In this document: in pieces, positions 52,471-64,000 of the stretch | Layout of the letters: each line of letters opens with the position of its first letter | Numbering within the stretch: position 1 is the stretch's first letter | Assembly (NCBI GenBank): GCA_977017575.1 | Contig: CDRNVI010000137.1 | Location: 62,001 to 126,000, forward strand | Direction: 5' to 3' | From: Paramoeba atlantica | Taxonomy: Eukaryota > Protista > Discosea | DNA: 64,000 bases | Position numbers and translations under genes: made by a program | Notes under the pieces: generated by a model | The model's database searches: none | Seen by the model: only the letters and a program-made list of their open reading frames with translations | What the model was told of the DNA's origin: nothing

Positions 52471-53364
52471 TTATTTTCGTCTTCTTTCTTTTGGAGGAGA
52501 ATTGAAAAACTTCTTTTTTGAATCATGTGGTGGGGAGGAACGTCGAGTTCCTTTTCTCTTATTTCTAAACATTTTGTCTTTCTCTTTTTCTTCTTCTTCT
52601 GGTCCAGTCGCCAACCTCTCTGTGATTTCCTCCAAACGTTTCTTGAGAATAATTTCTGTTTCCATCATCTTTTTTGACTTCTTTTCTTTTGCTTCAAGAT
52701 TACAAAGTCTTCTTTCGATGTTTCGTCGTTGATTCTGAAGCTTTCTCGATTGCCCAAATGATCTTGGTTTACCATAATCTTCCTCTTCTTCCTCTTCTTC
52801 CTCTTCTTCCTCTTCTTCCTCAGACAATTGGACTTCTTCAATCTCCTCCTCATGTTTGTCACCAACAATGTCGTCCTCTTGACTTTTCAAATCAACAAGA
52901 TTCTCTCGAACTTGAGTTTTGTTTTCAGTCAACTGTTCCTTTCTTTGTTGGAGAGCCACAATCTTTTCTTCAAGAACATCGATCTGATCTGCCAGTTTCT
53001 CATCACGTTTACTGAGCATTTCAATCTTCTTCTCTCTCTTCTGTTGTTCCTTGAGTCTTTTCTGAGGGTTCTCAGAAACTTCATCCCCCACTTTCTCAAC
53101 CTTCTTCTCTTCATCATCACCCACTCGATTTTCGACCTCTTGGATCTCCTTTTTGGTTTCTTCTTCAACTTGACTCTCCACTGCTTTTGCTGTCTCGTTC
53201 TTTTTTGGGAGAACAAACAAAGCATCTTCCAAGTCTTGGTCACGTTTCACAAAGACGACATCACACTCATCGTCAAGATAGAACACTCGAACCGCAGTTG
53301 AAGTTCCGTACACATCCTGGATCTTCCTTCGGAGACTTCGAAAGTCTTGGCTTGAACAGAACAC
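52471..53364 (-). CDS. PB1-domain, acidic coiled-coil protein (start uncertain; possibly pseudogene)
   Basis: DFRSLRRKIQDVY..VRVFYLDDECDVVFVKRDQDLEDAL fits the PB1 OPCA motif; followed by coiled-coil and poly-E tract. Confidence 0.7.
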   Translation of the reverse strand: MFCSSQDFRSLRRKIQDVYGTSTAVRVFYLDDECDVVFVKRDQDLEDALFVLPKKNETAKAVESQVEEETKKEIQEVENRVGDDEEKKVEKVGDEVSENPQKRLKEQQKREKKIEMLSKRDEKLADQIDVLEEKIVALQQRKEQLTENKTQVRENLVDLKSQEDDIVGDKHEEEIEEVQLSEEEEEEEEEEEEEEDYGKPRSFGQSRKLQNQRRNIERRLCNLEAKEKKSKKMMETEIILKKRLEEITERLATGPEEEEKEKDKMFRNKRKGTRRSSPPHDSKKKFFNSPPKERRRK

Positions 53365-54106
53365 ACTCTTCCATTCTCAGTGTTTTGGACTTCCCACCAC
53401 TCTTCTTCTCTTTCGACAATCGACATCAACTGAACTCTCATCACCATATTTTGATTGATTGATTGTTGTTTTTTCTGTTTCAAGTTATCCAGAAAAAGAA
53501 ATGTTTTGAATTAAAAACAAAACCTGAGGGTGTGGTTGATTGTGTTTGTTGTCGTTCACGAGGGAATGAGAGGGGGGGGGGGTGGGGTGTGGCGAGAAGG
53601 AACACCAATCAAAATTGAACAAAAAAAAACAAAAAAAATCACTGAAAGAACAACCAAAAACAACACACAGAAAAAAAAAAGAAAAAAAGCGCTGATAGGA
53701 CCTGAAATAGAGGTCCATCATATTCGGACCCAAAATAGAGGTCCGTTTTTCTTTTTTTGTTTTTGTGTTTTTTTTTGTTCGTTTGTTTTTTTTTGGTTTT
53801 CCTCAGTCTTTCTTTTTCCTCTTTCTCTTTTCTTCTGTCTTTTTTTATCTTTCTTTTTGTGGGTTGTTAATTTTTTTTCCTTCTCTTTCTTTGTTTTTTC
53901 TTTATTTTTTTCTTTCTTTTTTTTGAAATTCCACCACTTTTTCTCTCTTTCCATTGAGGTTTTTTCTCTTTTCTCTTTTCTCTTTTCTTTTTTCTCTTTT
54001 CTTTCTTTTCTCTCATCTTTCTTTTCTCTCATCTTTCTTTTCTCTTTCTCTTTTCTTTTTATTAATTTGGATTGATATTAAAAGAAGAAAAAAAAGAAGA
54101 GAAAGT

Positions 54107-54225
54107 GTCTTCGGTCATACCCAGTTGAAAGCACCCGATCCCATCAGAACTCGGAAGTTAAGCAGCTGTGGGCTCGGTTAGTAGAATGGTGGGTGACCAC
54201 ATTCGAATCCCGAGTGCTGAAGACC
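54107..54225 (+). rRNA. 5S rRNA
   Basis: 119 nt GTCTTCGGTCATACC..GCACCCGATCCCATCAGAACTCGGAAGTTAAGC..GTGGGTGACCAC..GCTGAAGAC followed by a T-run. Confidence 0.95.
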
Positions 54226-54247
54226 TTCTCTTTTCTTTTTTTTTTCT

Positions 54248-54278
<31 letters not shown>

Positions 54279-57200
54279 CAATGAAAGAGATTTTTGAAGG
54301 GAATGGTTGCACATTCGGCAGAATATCTCACCCAGTGAGAGGAGGAACTGCAGAAAAAGGGGGTAGTACATGTGGAAAGAAGAGGGGGGAATGGAAATGT
54401 CATTTGGATTGAGAGATGATGAGAAGCACAGAGAGTGATGGGTCAAAAGGGGGTTGCTGGGTTTTAGATTTTCCTGTATGCTCATCATGTGGTTTGCCAT
54501 TGCTTTCATTAGTGCAGCTGAAATCTTCTTCTTTGCTCTTCTTAAGAAGAGGGGGAGGGGGTTGGCATCCAGGACCCGGTCGTTTTGGAGGGCAATTGAG
54601 GTGAGGGATCGGAGGAGTGCACTAATGTCAGGGGATATTCCACCACCTGAGGATGAAGATGCTGGAAGGAAGGATGACTTCACCTTGGAGAAACGGAAAG
54701 AGTTATTTGTTTAAGGGTCTGTTTCTCCTCAGGGGTGTCTCTGCCCCTTCCTGCATTTTAAAGTCTGTTTCAGTCAGACATCTGTCCACATATTCTCTGT
54801 GTTTCATGATCCTGGCATGGTGTGCAGCAGGTGAGAGGGTGTTGAGTATGGGGTCAGAGTGGGTTTTGGTGGGTGTTTGGATCACACAGCGAAAGTGGGG
54901 GGTTTTGTGGGTTGACACAACTTGGACATCAATACACAGATCCTGGTCACCTTGCCACTTGCGGATTGTAAGATCAGGTTGCTTGTGTGACACTTCCCAA
55001 TTGGCCGGTAGGCTCCATCTCAGATTGTTGTTTTTCCCGCCGCCCAGCTGGCAATGTTCTTGAGTTCATCACGGAGAGCATGGTGTCTTCTTGTGTGGTT
55101 CCTCTTCCATGACTGGTGCAATCTGAGAGGTGGAGGGAGGATGCAGCACAGAGTTCTTTTTCACAGAATCCACACTTGACAGCCCCAAGTTCACAGAGAG
55201 CCCCAAGCCAACTATGTCAAGCCTACATCGGTAGGCTGAGCGAAAATCTTCAGCATTTAAGGCTTGATATGGCTTTGGCCCAGAGGTGTCCTTGTCTGGG
55301 TAGGCTGTCATCCACAAGTGGGTGGTGGGGCCAACCTCATTCTCACGGATTGCACGGCAGAGGTTTTTGTCTTGTGTTGGGTCCATGATCTTCTTTTTGA
55401 CATCCTGAAGTTCACAGGAGGTGAACTTCTTCTGTGGTTTGTAGTTTTCTCCAGTGTCCATTGAGTCAGATGGTGGCTCTGTCAATCGAGTTAGGAGCTC
55501 ATGGACAGAGGTACCACTTGGCAGTTTCCACTCGCTCAAGATGAAGCTTTCAAAATGGTCATATATGCTTGGTGGAGAGCCTGGCGCTGGGGTGAGTCAC
55601 TCTTCCAGAAGTCTTCAAAGAGGTTGATAAGTTCAGGTTTGAACTCAGAGCAGGATTGGTAGACTGAGATCCAGGAGCCAAGGAAGGCTGCTTGGTGGGT
55701 GTTCTGAGAGTAGCTCAAGCCACCACCACCTTTTGACTTTGGAAGGCCTGCAGCTTCTACTCGAGAGAGATGGAGTTCTTTGTTTGGATGCAGGTGGGGG
55801 ACTTGGAGGGGGTTGAGGAGGTAATTGATGTTTGTTGTAGTGGTTTGCTTGATGAAGTCTTGGAAAGGGGTTAAAGAGAGAGGTGTTGTGTGGCAGATGT
55901 ATGTTAGTTTGGGTGTGATGGTTTTGACAAAAAGCTCGAGACTTTCATGGGGGTTGGAGAACATTATTAAACAGTGGTCTTGTGATGCTTGTTGGTATTC
56001 TTGAGCAAGGGTGTGAAGCCACTTGGAAATTTGAGTGTTCAGCCCGATGGGTGACCCTAGAACTGTGATTACTTCCACCTTCCCAATGCCAAGATTTTTG
56101 AGGTCATTGCTCCTGGCGCTTCAGGAGAGAAACAGACCATTTTGCCCCTTTCTGTGCCAAGTTTGAGGTTGGCATTTGGGAGGACACTCTGGATCTGAGT
56201 GGTGATTTCTGCAATGGCAACTGGGCTCCCACAAACAAATATATCATCGACAAAGAGGAGAAGAAGAAGTGCATTCGGTGGAGCATCAACCTTCTGAAAG
56301 ATTGGATTAAGGATTCCATGAAATCCCAGACAAAAGAAAATTGTCCCGAGGGGATCTCCTTGCTGGACACCCTCCTCCATGGTGAGGGTGTGGTTCCGGT
56401 CATGAGAGAGGAGGGGTGTTACCGAAGAATAGAAGGTGTAGAGGTATGGAAGTAATACAGGGGCCAGCTGGACTGTGCTCTCAAAGATGGTTTTTCTTGA
56501 GATGGAATTGAAGGCATTAACAATGTCCAGTTCCGTGGCATAATGTTGTGGGTGGAGGTGGAGATAGGCTGTGATATTGCTTTGTGGACCATTTCTGCAC
56601 CACTTGGCAAGCATACACCATACTGATGGGACAATTTCTCAGGAATTCCCTCGTGTTGGACTTCAAGAACAAGTGCAATTGCTGCCCACCTCTTGAGAAC
56701 TTCAGCAACACCAATTGGACGGATCCCTTTGTCCCCTTTTGCCAGAGGAATGAAGAGAGAGGTTGCCATGATGTTGTGTATGGTTTCATTGAGTTTTTGG
56801 TTGGTGATTAAGACAGTCAATTCTTTGAGGGTTGAGCAGAGTTCTTGGTCTGTGCATAGGAGTGTGACAAACTCATAAGACATTCCTGAGAGCCCTGGTG
56901 TGCGGCCTTTTGGAAGTCTCCGAAGGGCCAGATCAAGTGAGTCAAAGGACTGAAACTCATCTTGTTCAAGGATTGCTGGTTTCCAGTCAGGAATTTCGGC
57001 TCGATCTGGTGGAGTCCACGCCTGCTCAGATCTTGGGTAGAGGTTCTTTGCAGTTTCATGATTTTCTGGGACTGAGAGATCCCTGAATCCACTCTTGGAT
57101 TGAAGCTTCCTTGCAGCTTTGGAGAGATGTCCTTTTCTGACCTCTTCAATAATCTGGTCTGCCTTGGTTTTCTTGGTGGACTTCTGCCTCCTCTTTTGCT

Positions 57201-59300
57201 TGAGTTTGCTGAGCTCGCCCTCAAGTTTTTTGTGGAGTCTCTCCCACTCAAAATTTCGCACCATGGTGCATCGAGATTTCACTTCTTTCATTCCTCAAGT
57301 ACCCCTTCTAAGGCAGCCAAAGATCCATTTTGGGAGGAGGATCAGGAGTTGGGGTATCTTATGAAAGAGGTGTTGTACAGCACAAAAAGTTTTGATGACT
57401 GTATCACGAAGGCAGAGTGGTACTGAGTCCATGTAGCAGAGGGGGATGTGTTTTGAGAAGGAGTCTCCTTCAAGAGAGAGGATGAAGTTCATTGTAGTCT
57501 CTTCTTTGCTTCCATGAGGAAGGGTTGTAGAGCACCCATGATTGAAGAAGAGTTGTTGGATGTGTTGTGGGTCTGGGTCGAGGATGGGTGTGATTCTCCA
57601 GGTGTTGTCAGGGCATCCTCTGTGTACTGCTAAACTTGTGATCCTATCTGCCAAAGAGTTGTTCTCGCAGTTTCTCCAGTTAATATGGTTTTCAGGGCTT
57701 GGGAATGGATGAGAGAGTGGACAATTTCCTTGTTCTCATGAATGACACAGAGTGATGAGCTTCCAACGCACCATCCATTTGGGTTGGTAGCAACAGATCC
57801 ATCCCCACAGATGAAAAAGAAGTTGTCTTTGACATTTGTGAGCGAGATTTCGGGAGGCTGTGGTGCAGGTTTCCAGTGTTGCCAGAACTGTAGGAGAAAG
57901 GCTATTCTCCCCGTGCTACTTGTGATTCGAGAGAAGGGGGACGATATCTCATCTTGCTTTGTTTGTTGAGCATTTTTGAAATCTGAGGAGAGAATGGGAG
58001 TAAGGTCTTAGTTTTTCTGTTGGCCACCAAAGAGGTGGTTGATTCCAAGTCCAAGGAGGTCACGAGCTCTGCATGTTTGGAGGGAGCTTGTTCTTGCGCG
58101 ATCCAAGTTTCTGAAGCGGGGGACAGTTAAGACTATATCTTCAAAGGAGCCATTTTCGAAGAGTTCAAGGATAAGGGAGAGGGAGGGAGGAGTTTGTTGA
58201 AAAGAAGGTGGGCCATGAGAAGAAGGGTGGTGGGAAAGTTGTTGGGGAGGGGGAGCGAGAGGGGAGTGAGAGGGGGTGTGGGAAGGGAGGTGGTGAGGTG
58301 GGCTTGGAGGGGGGCAAATGAGGTGGATGGGAAGGAGGGTGGAGAGGTGTGTGAGGTGAGGGGTGAGATGGGAGGAGGAAAAGGGGTGATGGGATGGTTT
58401 TCTGTGCTGTTGTGGCATTGTGTTGAACAATAATGCATTTGGCAGTGGTTACAGGAGATGTGGGAGCCAACTTCTGCTTTACCATTGCATTCAGGGTTGT
58501 TACAGGAAGGGGGAGGGGTGCCAGAGGGATTGAGATCAGGATTAAGATTGAGATGAAGAGTGGGATAGGGAGTGGGGGAGGGGAGTGGGGAGGGAGGGGG
58601 GAGGGAAGTGGGGAGGGAGGGTGGGAGGGAATTGGGGAGGGAGGGTGGGAGGGGGGATTGGAGGGAGAGCAGGGAGGGGAGGTTAGGGATGGGAGAGGTT
58701 GGGGGGGGGGGGAGGAAGAGGGTGACAGAGAGTTTGTGACTTCCTGTGGTGGGAAAAGGAGCAGAATGTAAGGAGGCACTTCTCGCATTGGGAGACTATT
58801 ACTTTTTGGTGTTGGCCTCTGCATCTTCAGTATGAGCAATTGCCAAGGAATTTTGGAGGATGTGAAGTTGTCTTCTGGGCCTGAGGATTGTCCATTCGAT
58901 TTAGTTCTTTTTCTCTTTCTTTTCTGTTTCTTTCATTCTTTTCTTTTTCTGATTTTTCTCTTTCTTCCTCTTTTTTTCCATTCTTTTTCCTTCCTGTTTT
59001 TTTTCCTCCTCTATTTTCTTTTTCTTTTCATTCTCTTCCTTTCTTTTCTCTCTTTCTTCGTTGTTTCTGCTCCTGCTCTCTCGCTTTTTTGGGGTTCTCT
59101 TTGTCTTTTTCCTTCCTTTTCTCTTTCTCTGACCTCTTCTTTTTTTCCTTCTTTTTCTTTTTCTTGCTCTCCTTCTTGGCTGTGACTCTTTCTCCACTTG
59201 GCCTGAGTGAAGTTTTGGGAACTGAAAGTTTTCTGTGCTATCTGGTTTGAGGGTGCTCAGGATCAAGAGGCATGGCTGTGGCAATCTCGAAAATCTTTTG
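54279..59300 (-). mobile_element. CRE-clade-like RLE non-LTR retrotransposon, frameshifted (5' end approximate)
   Basis: GRTPGLSG, IRPIGVAEVLKRW, LDIVNAFNSISR, GVQQGDPLG, FVDD, LPKSKGGGG, CGFCEKELCAASSLHLSDC knuckle, RHHALRDEL, QPDLTIRKWQGDQDLCIDVQVVS; Pro/Ser-rich N-terminus. Confidence 0.85.
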
Positions 59301-60929
59301 TTATGTCAGGGGTGGGGAGCAGAGCTTTTGAAGGTGGGGTTTGAGAGGAAGAGGGGAGAGTGGGTATTGATTTGGATGAAGTGGGAAGTGATTGGTGGTG
59401 TGGTTGGTTTGTGGTTTGTTGTTTGTTGTTTTTCAAGGGGAAAAAGTCTTTTTTTTTTCTCTTTTTTTCTTTTCTTTTTCTTTTGAAATCTCTTTTTTTT
59501 TTCCTTTCCTCCCCTCCCTCCTTTTTTTTTTTTTTGTCTTTTTGTCTTTTTCACTTTGTTTTTGTTTTTCTTTTCTTTCTCTTTCATTCTTCTTCTCTCT
59601 TTTGGGATTTTTAAATTCTTTGTTTTTCTTTTGTCTCTCCTTTCTCCCTTTCTCACCACCACTCTTTCTCTCTTTCTAGAGCGCAAACATGCCCAAAGTT
59701 GTGCAGGTAGTGCCATGACAAAGACTTTTTTCTTTTTTTGTTCTTTTGTTTTGGAGTTGAATCGTCCTGGCCCTTGAAATTGCTCAAAAAAATTGTTGTA
59801 CAACTCTGATTAAGGCAGGTATTTCTTTCAATCCCCAAAATTCTTTTGGATTTTGAATTCAAAGACTCTCTTCTTGAAACTGATCTTTTTTTTTTTTTTG
59901 AAAAAAAGGCTCATGAAACCCATAAAGAAGCGATTCTTGAAAGTAGTGCAGGCTGAGTGTGAATATTGTCAAGTACCAGACCACAAAGCAATGACTTATG
60001 CTGGACCATTCATTGCTGTTCCTTCCTTGTTTGAGGAGAAATGGTGAAGACAATTAGAAAAGGCTTTAGACTGAAAAATTATTAGAGAAGGACTGACCTC
60101 CTGGAACCAGTGATTGAAACACCGAAAATTGCGAATTGTTGTTGAACATTTTGTTTTGGATGAAAATGGTTGTTTTTCTTTATTGGCCCTCAAATTCTTT
60201 GATAAAGTTGGGCAATCTGGTTTTGTGGAAGTGGTGGGGAATTTTCTGGTGGTTTATGAAGTGGTCATGATTGAAACAAGGAAAGCCAACCTGCTTGTGG
60301 TTATTTTATTTGCTGCCCACCACACATCAAAGTGTTGGATGACCTTGATCTTTTTGTTGATAAAGTTCATCATTTGATTGATCTTCCTGAGGAAATTTCA
60401 TTTCATGACCTCCTTGCTTGCAAAGAAGACTGAGGAGGATGAGGAGAATGATGAAAAAGGAAAAGAAGAAGAGGAGGAGCAGGTAAGAACTCTTGAACTT
60501 GGTGCTGGTGGATTGCAATTCTCTTTCTTCCCTTGATATGACCCAGAGAAATATTTCTCCTGCAATTTGAGAATTTTTCTGAATTTTTTTGAAAAAAGAC
60601 CCTACTCTTCCATCACCAACCACAATCCAATAGATTTGTTGTGAAGGCAGCATCCAATCAAAATTAGAAGCACTACTATGAGTCCAAGAATGAAAATCCT
60701 CAACTCTCTCTCATGATGGAAGTTCATCACAAGGACAAAATCTTCTTTCTGTTGGGATTCAGGGCAAAGGTAAGCATGTTAATTTAGGTATTTGAGAAAC
60801 AGTTGATCATGATGCCCTGTCAATTGCAAAGAATATTTTTTCTCTTTTAAATGGTCTCCAAAATCTAGCAAAGAAATTCCTTAAAACTCAGTCCTTTTCA
60901 GATTCTTTGAGCCTCTCTTCTTTTGAATC

Positions 60930-61170
60930 TGTGATGGGGGATCATACTCCTTCAAACCTAGCAGCAGTTGGAGAATTGAGTCAAATGGCTGGAAAAATCC
61001 TTCAGATTCTTGGTTGCCATGCCCATAAATGTGATCTTGTTGAAGAAGCTTTTTGAAAGGCTCTAATCAAAAATCTATCTTCTTGAGTTGAACAGATTGT
61101 TGATGATGATAATTTTGATTGTGGTGGTAGATCTGACTTATTGATGAAAGCTCCAACAAGAGTGAAAAAT
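60930..61170 (+). pseudogene. Possible hAT transposase remnant
   Basis: VMGDHTPSNLAAVG..ILGCHAHKCDL resembles the hAT TDNASN..CxAHxLNL motif; nearby KAPTRV resembles TRW. Confidence 0.4.
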
Positions 61171-61449
61171 ATTCACTCTTCTTCACACTTTCTGTATCAA
61201 CTTGAAAAACTTGCACTGACTTCATTAAACAAGTATGGGCATTCTAAAAAATTTCAGGTCTGGACAGCACAACATAATTTTATCTACCACCACCTCAAAC
61301 TTCTTCACTCAAATCAGTTTTTAGTTTATTCATACAATAGTTTGACTTGTTATCAAGACTTACACTATTAGGAAATGTTTGTGGAAAATTGTTTGCCTTC
61401 TTCCACTTGAACATTTGAAATAGAGAATAAACAAGAAATTATTAAAAGT

Positions 61450-64000
61450 GATTTTTTTAATATTAATTTTCTTATAATTTCAATTTCTTAATTATGTTTC
61501 CATATTGAATAGAATGTTTTAATTTATTTTTTAATTTTATAATATATTTTAAATTTATTTTTTAATTTTATAATGTGTTTTCAATTTATTTTTCATTTTA
61601 AAAATATTTTTTAAGTTGGTTCAATCAAATTTCTTAATTGTTTTAAATTGATGTATTTGATTTATTTTTTATTTTATTTTTTTCATATTATTTTTTTGTA
61701 ATTTCAATTTCTTAATTATGTCTCCATATTGAATGCAATTTCCTAATTTATTTTCTGATTCTGTGATATTTTTAGAACTTATATTTCAGATCTATGATAT
61801 TTTTTAAGTTGGTTCAATAAAATTTCTTAATTGTTTTTGGTTGATGTATTTGATTTATTTTTTGTTTCATTTTTTTCATATTATTTTTTTGTAATTTCAA
61901 TTTCTTAATTATGTCTCTATATTGAATGCAATTCCTTAATTTATTTTCTGATTCTCTGATATTTTTAGAACTTATATTTCAGATCTATGATATTTTTTAA
62001 GTTGGTTCAATCAAATTTCTTAATTGTTTTGAATTGATGTATTTAATTTATTTTTTATTTTCTTTTTTTCACATTAATTTTTTGTAATTTCAATTTCTTA
62101 ATTATGTCTCCATATTGAATGCAATTTCCTAATTTATTTTCTGATTCTGTGATATTTTTAGAACTTATATTTCAGATCTATGATATTTTTTAAGTTGGTT
62201 CAATAAAATTTCTTAATTGTTTTTGGTTGATGTATTTGATTTATTTTTTGTTTCATTTTTTTCATATTATTTTTTTGTAATTTCAATTTCTTAATTATGT
62301 CTCTATATTGAATGCAATTCCTTAATTTATTTTCTGATTCTCTGATATTTTTAGAACTTATATTTCAGATCTATGATATTTTTTAAGTTGGTTCAATCAA
62401 ATTTCTTAATTGTTTTGAATTGATGTATTTAATTTATTTTTTATTTTCTTTTTTTCACATTAATTTTTTGTAATTTCAATTTCTTAATTATGTCTCCATA
62501 TTGAATGCAATTTCCTAATTTATTTTCTGATTCTGTGATATTTTTAGAACTTATATTTCAGATCTATGATATTTTTTAAGTTGGTTCAATAAAATTTCTT
62601 AATTGTTTTTGGTTGATGTATTTGATTTATTTTTTGTTTCATTTTTTTCATATTATTTTTTTGTAATTTCAATTTCTTAATTATGTCTCTATATTGAATG
62701 CAATTCCTTAATTTATTTTCTGATTCTCTGATATTTTTAGAACTTATATTTCAGATCTATGATATTTTTTAAGTTGGTTCAATCAAATTTCTTAATTGTT
62801 TTGAATTGATGTATTTAATTTATTTTTTATTTTCTTTTTTTCACATTAATTTTTTGTAATTTCAATTTCTTAATTATGTCTCCATATTGAATGCAATTTC
62901 CTAATTTATTTTCTGATTCTGTGATATTTTTAGAACTTATATTTCAGATCTATGATATTTTTTAAGTTGGTTCAATAAAATTTCTTAATTGTTTTTGGTT
63001 GATGTATTTGATTTATTTTTTGTTTCATTTTTTTCATATTATTTTTTTGTAATTTCAATTTCTTAATTATGTCTCTATATTGAATGCAATTCCTTAATTT
63101 ATTTTCTGATTCTCTGATATTTTTAGAACTTATATTTCAGATCTATGATATTTTTTAAGTTGGTTCAATCAAATTTCTTAATTGTTTTGAATTGATGTAT
63201 TTAATTTATTTTTTATTTTCTTTTTTTCACATTAATTTTTTGTAATTTCAATTTCTTAATTATGTCTCCATATTGAATGCAATTTCCTAATTTATTTTCT
63301 GATTCTGTGATATTTTTAGAACTTATATTTCAGATCTATGATATTTTTTAAGTTGGTTCAATAAAATTTCTTAATTGTTTTTGGTTGATGTATTTGATTT
63401 ATTTTTTGTTTCATTTTTTTCATATTATTTTTTTGTAATTTCAATTTCTTAATTATGTCTCTATATTGAATGCAATTCCTTAATTTATTTTCTGATTCTC
63501 TGATATTTTTAGAACTTATATTTCAGATCTATGATATTTTTTAAGTTGGTTCAATCAAATTTCTTAATTGTTTTGAATTGATGTATTTAATTTATTTTTT
63601 ATTTTCTTTTTTTCACATTAATTTTTTGTAATTTCAATTTCTTAATTATGTCTCCATATTGAATGCAATTTCCTAATTTATTTTCTGATTCTGTGATATT
63701 TTTAGAACTTATATTTCAGATCTATGATATTTTTTAAGTTGGTTCAATAAAATTTCTTAATTGTTTTTGGTTGATGTATTTGATTTATTTTTTGTTTCAT
63801 TTTTTTCATATTATTTTTTTGTAATTTCAATTTCTTAATTATGTCTCTATATTGAATGCAATTCCTTAATTTATTTTCTGATTCTCTGATATTTTTAGAA
63901 CTTATATTTCAGATCTATGATATTTTTTAAGTTGGTTCAATCAAATTTCTTAATTGTTTTGAATTGATGTATTTAATTTATTTTTTATTTTCTTTTTTTC
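61450..64000. repeat. AT-rich satellite, 386-bp higher-order unit of 192+194-bp monomers (~6 units; degenerate start)
   Basis: tcct-aattta starts at 61741, 61933, 62127, ...62513 (period 386); each monomer contains agatct. Confidence 0.97.

Noticed and set aside
61450-64000. CRISPR-like or telomeric array
   Set aside because: No unique spacers and no short G-rich unit; this is an ordinary dimeric satellite.

Overview
AT-rich eukaryotic (protist-like; lineage not determinable without a search) window. It is centred on a single minus-strand rDNA unit (18S-ITS1-5.8S-ITS2-28S, ~32.7-39.5 kb) and bounded at both ends by the same 192/194-bp dimeric satellite. Pol III genes are scattered through it: tRNA-Arg, -Glu, -Lys, a split tRNA-Phe, a 5S rRNA, and deleted pseudo-copies. 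There are two recognisable host genes (di-ubiquitin, a PB1-domain protein), long purine/pyrimidine low-complexity tracts, and many transposons: a decayed LINE, a piggyBac-like element, a full-length Ty1/copia, a tRNA-derived SINE, a Crypton-type tyrosine recombinase, a CRE-like retrotransposon next to 5S, and a hAT remnant. Most notable: (1) an intact RLE-type (R2-like) non-LTR retrotransposon inserted inside a tRNA-Phe gene, splitting it with a 2-bp target deletion; (2) a copia whose primer-binding site matches the anticodon arm (nt 29-40) of tRNA-Lys(CUU), implying half-tRNA-Lys priming; (3) CpG-directed decay of the repeats.
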